This document shows positions 55,263-64,000 of a DNA stretch of 64,000 bases, piece by piece. The notes beneath the pieces were generated by a model. The model saw only the letters and a list, made by a program, of their open reading frames with translations, made no database searches and had not been told where the DNA came from. This DNA comes from Octopus vulgaris (lineage: Eukaryota). Each line of letters begins with the position of its first letter. The first letter of the stretch is position 1. The position numbers and the translations under genes are program-made. Location of the stretch: contig OX597831.1 in assembly GCA_951406725.2 (NCBI GenBank), positions 57,164,001 to 57,228,000 of the forward strand. The letters are read 5' to 3'.

Positions 55263-55502
55263 AAGGCGGCGACCTGGCAGAAACGTTAGCACGCCGGGCG
55301 AAATGCTAAGCGGTATTTCGTCTGCCGCTACGTTCTGAGTTCAAATTCCGCCGAGGTCGACTTTGCCTTTCATCCTTTCGGGGTCGATAAATTAAGTACC
55401 AGTTACGCACTACGCACTGGGGTCGATGTAATCGACTTAATCCCTTTGTCTGTCCTTGTTTGTCCCCTCTCTGTGTAGCCTCTTGTGGGTAGTAAAAAAA
55501 TA
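55263..55502 (+). mobile_element. SINE family A, monomer and young
   Basis: Exact 15 bp TSD ggtattagaaaacta (55247-61 / 55503-17). Confidence 0.95.
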
Positions 55503-55877
55503 GGTATTAGAAAACTACTTATGTGTGTGTGTATGTTTGTGTGTGTGTGCGTGTGCGTGCATGTGTATTTCTCATTTACATTTTGTTTAGTTTGTTCAGT
55601 CGCTGGTTTAACAAAGCTCAGTTAATATCCAAATTAGAGGACTGTGCACGCATCTCGTATACTATTCTCACTCACTCACTCTCTCTCTCTCTCTTTCACA
55701 CACACACACATTAGCTCATAAACACGCTAGCTCTTCGTTTTGTCTATTTTACCATTACAACAATACTGCTCCATACAATTTAGCTGCACACCGCAAACCA
55801 TACCGTTATCCTTCACACAGTGTCTGTCTCTCTTTTACTCCCTCTCACTCTTACCCACACACACACGCACACACACG

Positions 55878-55956
<79 letters not shown>

Positions 55957-56082
55957 ACTCATTCACTTTTATCATTTATACTGCATTTCAGTCACAGAAG
56001 ATTCTGCACTAAACAACTTCGAATCTGATAATTCGCTCGACGAGACCACTGCAAATTGTAATCAACTTGATTTAGATTATAG

Positions 56083-56240
56083 CTCAAATTTACAGAAAAC
56101 AAAAGACGAAGACAGGAGAGGGAACAACAAGCAGGTGTAGTAGTTTAACGTTCGGGGAGAATAGAAAATCTTTGACGTTTCGAGCCAACGCTCTTCGACA
56201 GAAAAGTTTAAGAGGTAGAGAAAATAGAGAGAGAATTGAT
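56083..56240 (-). mobile_element. Short PLE-like element with a hammerhead-like motif (56170-56205)
   Basis: Minus strand: UUUU CUGUCGA A GAGC GUUG GCUC GAAA CG UC AAAG. Confidence 0.75.
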
Positions 56241-56726
56241 TTAAATTATATATTTATCGAACTAAACCAACTATGGGCAAACTGCAGGACCTGGGGTTTT
56301 CTGAATGGTACGCCAAGATGAAAAGTTACCCTGTATTATTCTTAGTAGTGCAGCCTGCTTGACCATGAGCCATATCTTATGCAACCCACTTCTCGAAATA
56401 AGGTTGTCCATGACTGAACTAAGCACTATTTCTAGTCCTTCCACCGGAGTTTTACTCCTTCAGACAACGGCCTACAGACATTGCAAAAGAATTTCAACTG
56501 TATCTATCACACCAAACAGAAGTGGGCGGTTAAGGTCAATGAGCGCCGTCACGCTTGCGATCATTAACTAATATAAAGAAAGGAAGAAGAAAAATTAAAT
56601 GTGTGTGGTGGGGATGCGTATTTACAAACATGTGTGAACGTCTCTAATGATTTTTGCAAATATGTACGGATATATATGTAAGTATGTACGTATGTATGTA
56701 TGCTTGCATGTATGTATGCATGTATG

Positions 56727-56730
56727 TCTG

Positions 56731-56805
<75 letters not shown>

Positions 56806-56817
56806 CTCTGTCTATCA

Positions 56818-56899
<82 letters not shown>

Positions 56900-56944
56900 A
56901 TCAATATCTATCTATATATATATATATATCTATCTATCTATCTA

Positions 56945-56990
<46 letters not shown>
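56727..56990. repeat. (TCTA)n-(TA)n microsatellite
   Basis: Direct reading. Confidence 0.95.
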
Positions 56991-56992
<2 letters not shown>

Positions 56993-57132
56993 GATGAATG
57001 TCTGATGATGGCTTAGCCGGCAGAAAATTCGAAGTCACTATCAACAAGTTCTTGTTTAAAAATAATAAATTTGTATTAATAAATAATAAATAAGTATAGT
57101 ATGTAAAATTGTTTGTATTTTAACTGAGTTTA

Positions 57133-57166
<34 letters not shown>

Positions 57167-57509
57167 GATATAATATATAACACACACACATATACACCAC
57201 ACAACACACACACATCTATATATGTACGCGCGCGTGATTAGTCGGTTCTCACGAACTCTTTTTCAAATATCTCGAATAACACTTCAGTCTCTATCGGATT
57301 CATTGCCTTTCCAAATTCAGAAACTCATTAATCCACGGTACCTTTAATTAAATACTTATTAAGAAAAGCGCAGCTGGTGTTTCATAAATTCACCAGAAGA
57401 ACAGTGAATGCAATTAGAGACAATGAAAACATCAATATAATTGTAAACATTATGATCAAATGAGAACGGCTTATACAGACAGTTTTGGAGCTAAAAAAAA
57501 CAAAGGAGA

Positions 57510-57942
<433 letters not shown>

Positions 57943-58309
57943 AACGGAATCAGGAAATCTACGTAAGCCGAGAAACGCAGTCACACAACCGCGCACGCAT
58001 ACAACTTGCAATAAACCAATAAAAAGATATTTAGCAATTTTCAATAATTATATAATGAATTTCAAATATAGGAAATCTATAAAGTCACAAGCTGTTATAT
58101 ACCAACTAGCTCATATCACACCGTGTCCTCAAACATTTTGGAATTTGCAAAGAGAAGCGGTTACATATCCGTCTCTCCATCTTCGCCGTCTTTAAAACGG
58201 TACAATTTTAATTTACGACTCTTTTCTATGATAGCTAACAGGGGTGGGGGAGGAGAAAAATCGAAGTGTTAAATAAAGATCGAATACAATATTTTTTTTT
58301 ATCTATATC

Positions 58310-58500
58310 TATCTTTCACGTGTTTCAGTCTTCGACTGCGGTCATGCTGGAGCACTGCTTTGAAGGGTTTAGTCGAACAAATCGAACTCGGTATTTATTT
58401 TTGCTTTTATTTCCTTAGTTTGGTACTTATTCTATCCGTCTCTTTTGCCGAACCGTTATGTCACACAGACCTAAACAAACTAGCACACGTTGTCAAGCAG
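58310..58500 (-). mobile_element. SINE family B 3' part, diverged
   Basis: tgtttcagtc..gactgcggtcatgctggagcac...cttttgccgaaccg. Confidence 0.78.
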
Positions 58501-58862
58501 AATCAGAAACAGCAACAGCAAATTCCAGTTCTGTCCCAACAGTATCGCTAGTTGCAGCTCTGGAAATGGCGAAGTCCCAGTAGTTGATGAGGCTAAAATC
58601 TCCATTTCAGGTAGTGTCATACCATTCGCTTGCAATGATAGTGGAAAGGTTAAATGGAAGTTATAGAGGAGTGGTAGACCATCATCGGGGGATGGGGGGG
58701 GGGGAGGATAAAGAAAAGGAAAATATGAAGGTTAGCTCAATCAGAAACCGTGAACGAAAATATGAGAAACTTAGGACATCCATGTGCAGTCTCTCAACTT
58801 TAGAGCGATTCAAGAAATTCACTAGGAACTGCTTGATTTAACGTGCGATCAAGAAGGAAATA

Positions 58863-59094
58863 TATTTCTTTATTGACCACAAGGGGCTAAGCCTAGAGGA
58901 AACAAATAAGGACAGACAAAAGGATTAAGCCGATTACATTGCCCCCAGTGCGTAACTGGTACTTTATTTATCGATCCCGAAAGGATGAACGACAAAGTCG
59001 ACCTCGGCAGAATTTGAACTCAGAACGTAACGGCAGACGAAATACGGCTACGCATTTCGCCCGGCATGCTAACGTTTCTGCCAGCTCGCCTCCT
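58863..59094 (-). mobile_element. SINE family A, monomer
   Basis: Exact 16 bp TSD gatcaagaaggaaata (58847-62 / 59095-110). Confidence 0.95.
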
Positions 59095-60627
59095 GATCAA
59101 GAAGGAAATAGACCAACAAATATGTTAACGAAGCACGAGATAAGATGTGAATACTAGAGCCATTCGCGGGATGATATTTTACAAAAGACCGCGATAGGAG
59201 ACGACAAAACATTTATGGGATCATTCTCCAAAGGACGTCTGCCACTTGAAGGCTAAAAGTGCTTACATGTGTTTTTGAGTTCACCTTTTCTTAACACGAG
59301 TGGGCAGGAGTCGTTGAGTGTCTGGCCTGGTAAAATTATAATTCTTCTTGCATCTAGAATTATTACTTTAAACGTTTCTCACGATTTTCAGTTATTGTGC
59401 ATTTTTATGTATATAGTTTTTTTTTTTATTGGCTATATTGTTAAACTGTTATTGACAAGCCATTCTGCTTTCTTTTGACCTGATTTTTACACTGTCCTGA
59501 ACATATTGTGCATAACAATTTCTTGGCTACATTGCCTTAGCATATTATCTTGCTAACTATCCTAGTCACATTTTACATTACATTAACTTGCGCAAATAAA
59601 CCGCCTGAGTTGAGTTAATGGCTATACTGACTTACTGCAATGTCCTGGTTGAATACTCAGTCGCACACTTTTACTATAAACATCGTCTTTTCAAATGTTT
59701 GTGACTCTTTGAAACTTCACTATTTTAACGTTTGCACTAATTTGATCTGTCTTTTGACGATTTTTGTTGGAACGAAAAAATGTAAATATATGACAACCAA
59801 ATTTACTCAAAATCATTAGCGGCGAAAATGATGTGAAACGGCTTACTTCTCACAAGCACATACTTCTACATTTAACGATTGACTTCTAAATATAAGTACA
59901 AAAACTAAGATTTATTGGGAAGGGAAGCGAAATTGCGTGATGTTCGTAAATTCTCTAAAAAGCACCCATTAGTGATGTGGTTAAAATGAAGCCGACTCAC
60001 GAACTTAGTTTATTCGCCAACAGTTAGACTCTTCCCGGTGCTATTAGCTAGCCTTTCTTATTGATTCACAACTTCTCAGATGTGCTAAACCCACTTCATT
60101 CTAGTCACACATAAAGGAAGATGGAGAAGTGGCATTGTTTATTTGCGAGATATTTTCCTTTAGACTACGTCCTGACACCTCGTCGCCGCCATCTTCATCT
60201 TTCTCTCCAGCTCTCTTTCTCTCTCCCCCTCTCTGTCTCTGGCTACTCCTACTCATCCACGCATAATTTTGTTTAGTCCATGTATCTTAGTTATAGCGAG
60301 ACATGCTCCTGTCCCTCAGCTATATGTTAGTCTCTCAACACCTGAAGTAAAGCCATATCTCTTTTTACAACACACCTAGTCAATCAATGGCGGTGGGGTG
60401 GGGATGCTTTTTCTTTTTTTTTTCTTCTTTTGTCTCGCGAGTTAATTGGTAACCACACTAATGCCAATGCCACGGCAAGAAAGCACCCAGTACACTCTGT
60501 CAAGGGGGTCATCTTTAGGAATGGCATCGAACCGAAGAAGCCATACCAGAGCTGACATTAGAAGTCGACGCATGCCAGCAGGGAAGACAAAAGTTAAATG
60601 ATAATGGTAATGGTAATGGTGATGAAT

Positions 60628-60674
<47 letters not shown>

Positions 60675-60788
60675 GTTAGTGGTGTTGGTGTTGTTGTTGT
60701 TGGTGGTGGTGGTGGTGTCGGCGGCTGTTATGATGATGTTGATGACCGTTCAGTTATCATCATCGAGAACAAAATATCAGGTCTCATA

Positions 60789-61172
60789 TCTCTCTCTATA
60801 TAAACGGCAGTTTGTCTGTGCGTGTTTCTGTGTGTCTGTTTGCTTGTACCCTCACCCTGACCACGGCTTTCAACCGATTCTGATGAAACTTGACACACAC
60901 ATAGCCCAATGTCATAATTCAAAACTAACGCAGCGAAAATTTTGAAAAGTTCCCCCAGTTCTGAAAAAAATCGATAAATTCGACATGGGGTCGAGAATCA
61001 GGAACACAAACCACAAACTTTGTAGGTGACGCAACTCCACCTTTTTTAACTATCAAAAAAAATTTACCATAATTTTTTCCTTTTTTTTTGCTATTTTTTG
61101 GCTATAACTCTCTAAAAATGCTTTATAGTTATTTCCCTTACAAACCTGAGCAACGCCGGGCGATACTGCTAG
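60789..61172 (+). mobile_element. Non-autonomous Helitron
   Basis: 5' A|TC..CTATATAAA plus a (TCTG)-like tract, 3' hairpin cctgagc-aac-gccggg, then CTAG|T; no TSD. Confidence 0.85.
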
Positions 61173-61606
61173 TCTTGTATATAAAATACACCTACAGAGA
61201 TAAGTTCCTTTGTTCCAGTTAAATACATTAATGTCAGCAAGTGTATCACACCAACGACCCAAGCAAAAACTTTATACAAGCCAACAAAAAGGCCTCTACG
61301 TGGTCGTTTAACATACTAGAAATAGCAATCAGAAATAGCCCCTGGGATCACACTGTATCATCTCATGAAAGGACTCATTGGATAACCTGATCCTGGGTGC
61401 CTTGAGCATGGGAAAATTAAGAGATGGTGGTTGCTAGAATGCCTTTGATATTAGGTCTGCGTAATCAGGTTTGACTGGGGCTAAACAAAAACAACCAAAG
61501 CAACAACTAAACATTGTAAGCTGTTTCCGTATTAAAATATTGAATATACGTTATTTTCTAACCCTGCCTATTTATGAATGTATCCTCCCTCTCTCTCTCT
61601 TTCCTC

Positions 61607-61666
<60 letters not shown>

Positions 61667-61733
61667 TAAACAAACAAACACACACAAGTACATATGTGCG
61701 AGGAGTTATGTATGTAATACTATATAAGTATTT

Positions 61734-61854
<121 letters not shown>

Positions 61855-61962
61855 ACATAATTTGTATGAATTGCATACGTGTCTGAATATGATGTATGTG
61901 TGTGTGTTTGTGTGTGTGTGTGCGTGCGTGCGTATGTATGCATTTGTGACCTTGTGTATGTT

Positions 61963-62011
<49 letters not shown>

Positions 62012-62214
62012 GTATGTACATATGTGTGCGCGTGTGTTATGTACAATGTAGCTCCAGTGGTTAAATTGGAGCCATAGGTGTTGTTTTGGTCCCTGTGGTA
62101 TACTCACTAGCAGTAATTAAAAATTAGATACGTTACAGCTGTACTTTATGTGTGTGAGTATATGTGCGAATGTATATTTAGTGGAGGTCCTTGTGCGTGC
62201 ATGTGTCTGTGAGC

Positions 62215-62620
62215 GTTTCAAATTTTGGCACAAGGCCACTATGTTCGGGGAAGGATGTATGTCGATAAATAAGCACCAGTGCTCAACTGGTGTAGATCTT
62301 ATCGACTCCAAATGGATGAAAGACAAAGTTGACTTCGGTGGAATTTGAACTCTGAACGTATAAAAGGATGAAATGCCTCTAACCATTTTGTCCGGCGTCC
62401 TAACGAGTCTACCGACTCACCACCCCGTGGGTGCGTGTATAATATTATAAGCAAGTGAGCCAACAATGTTATCATTTTTAAATTTAAGGCGGCAAGCTGG
62501 CAGAATGGTTAGCACGCCGGGAAAACTGCTTAGCCGCATTTCGTCCGTCTTATCGTTCTGAATTCAAACTCCGCCGGGGTCGATTTTGCCTTTCATCCTT
62601 TCAGAGTCGATGAAATAAGT
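62215..62620. mobile_element. Two head-to-head SINE family A copies (62215-62425 -, 62487-62620 +)
   Basis: Collinear with the consensus; the second copy is truncated by the next insertion. Confidence 0.8.
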
Positions 62621-62621
62621 A

Positions 62622-62927
<306 letters not shown>

Positions 62928-63597
62928 GGGTCACTGCTTGGAACCGAACCAGACCTAGGTATTGAAGTATGTCCATATGTAACCGACTGATGTTCGCTCA
63001 TGAATTCGAAGGCCACACTGGCCTTCTCTTGTGAGCGAATGGAGACCGAACAATTTTATTCTACATTATCATTTTGCTTTTTCTTTTTATCTCTGGTTAG
63101 CTCTGACCGACCAAGCCTGTGATCAAAGTCTTATTAGCCATAACAATCCCATCCTTTTCCCGTACGTTGTATATCTAGGACTACATTATCCAATGTGCCG
63201 CGCGCTCGCTTTTTTCCTGTTCAAGACGATAAGGTATAATTTGAGAGCAATTTAGCTGTTATTTTTTTAAGCTTATCATTGTCTCAATTATCGGGAATAT
63301 TTCTCCAGAGTTTATTGGTAAATAAATGAATGAATGAATGAATGAAAGGCTAAGAGATCTACTCACAGACGTTAAACAAACATCCGATGAGGAAAATTGA
63401 AGGAACTGATTCTATTTAAAGCAGCAATGATGACTGCTTACAATTGTTCATTACAATGGTTACAAATTTTGATACAAAGCCAGCAATTATAGGAGTGAGA
63501 TAGGATGGTCGATTACCTCGACACCACTGTCGAATTGAAAAACAGGTCGGTCTTGCCTGCATTTGCATTCAGTACGTAAAGAACCGGAAGCAATACA

Positions 63598-63990
63598 TAT
63601 TTCTTTACTGCCCACAAGGGACTAAACACAGAGGGGACAAACAAGGACAGACAAACGGATTAAGTCGATTACATCGACCCCAGTGCGTAACTGGTACTTA
63701 TTTAATCGACCCTGAAAGGATGAAAGGCAAAGTCGACCTTGGCGGAATTTGAACTCAGAACGTAACGGCAGACGAATACCTGTTTCTTTATTACCCACAA
63801 GGGGCTAAACATAGAGGAGACAAACAAGGACAGATAAACGGATTAAGTCGATTATCGACCCCAGTGCGTAACTGGTACTTATTTAATCGACCCCGAAAGG
63901 ATGAAAGGCAAAGTCGACCTCGGCGAAATTTGAACTCAGAACGTAACGGCAGACGAAATACTGCTAAACGTTTCTGCCAGCTTGCCACCT
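63598..63990 (-). mobile_element. SINE family A, head plus two tandem body units
   Basis: Unit junction at ~63780, at the same position as in the 5573 and 52869 copies. Confidence 0.92.
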
Positions 63991-64000
63991 TTGTAATAAC

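Overview
This is AT-rich, microsatellite-saturated eukaryotic DNA. Its SINE families and repeat style point to an octopod cephalopod (Octopus-like), which is an inference from recognition and not from a database search. I found no intact protein-coding gene: almost all ORF-track entries are translations of (TA)n, (CA)n, (TACA)n or (AAT)n runs, or of SINEs. The window reads as intron or intergenic DNA built from five element classes: at least 4 tRNA-derived SINE families (many with exact target-site duplications), R4/Dong non-LTR fragments sitting in (AAT)n, Tc1/mariner and piggyBac-type remnants, two non-autonomous Helitrons, and a set of short Penelope-like (PLE) elements. The main hidden signal is about 8 minimal type-I hammerhead ribozyme motifs (CUGANGA...stem II...GAAA...UH, with palindromic mini stem III) in 150-770 bp PLE-derived elements. 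These include a complete-looking 450 bp non-coding mini-PLE/retrozyme at 23092-23541 and a PLE 3' end carrying a GIY-YIG C-terminal remnant at 37046-37816. Other items worth checking are a ~170 bp fold-back duplication split by a young SINE, a 55 nt near-perfect hairpin, a SINE with a recurrent tandem junction, and a few candidate exons including a 24 nt GC-donor microexon.
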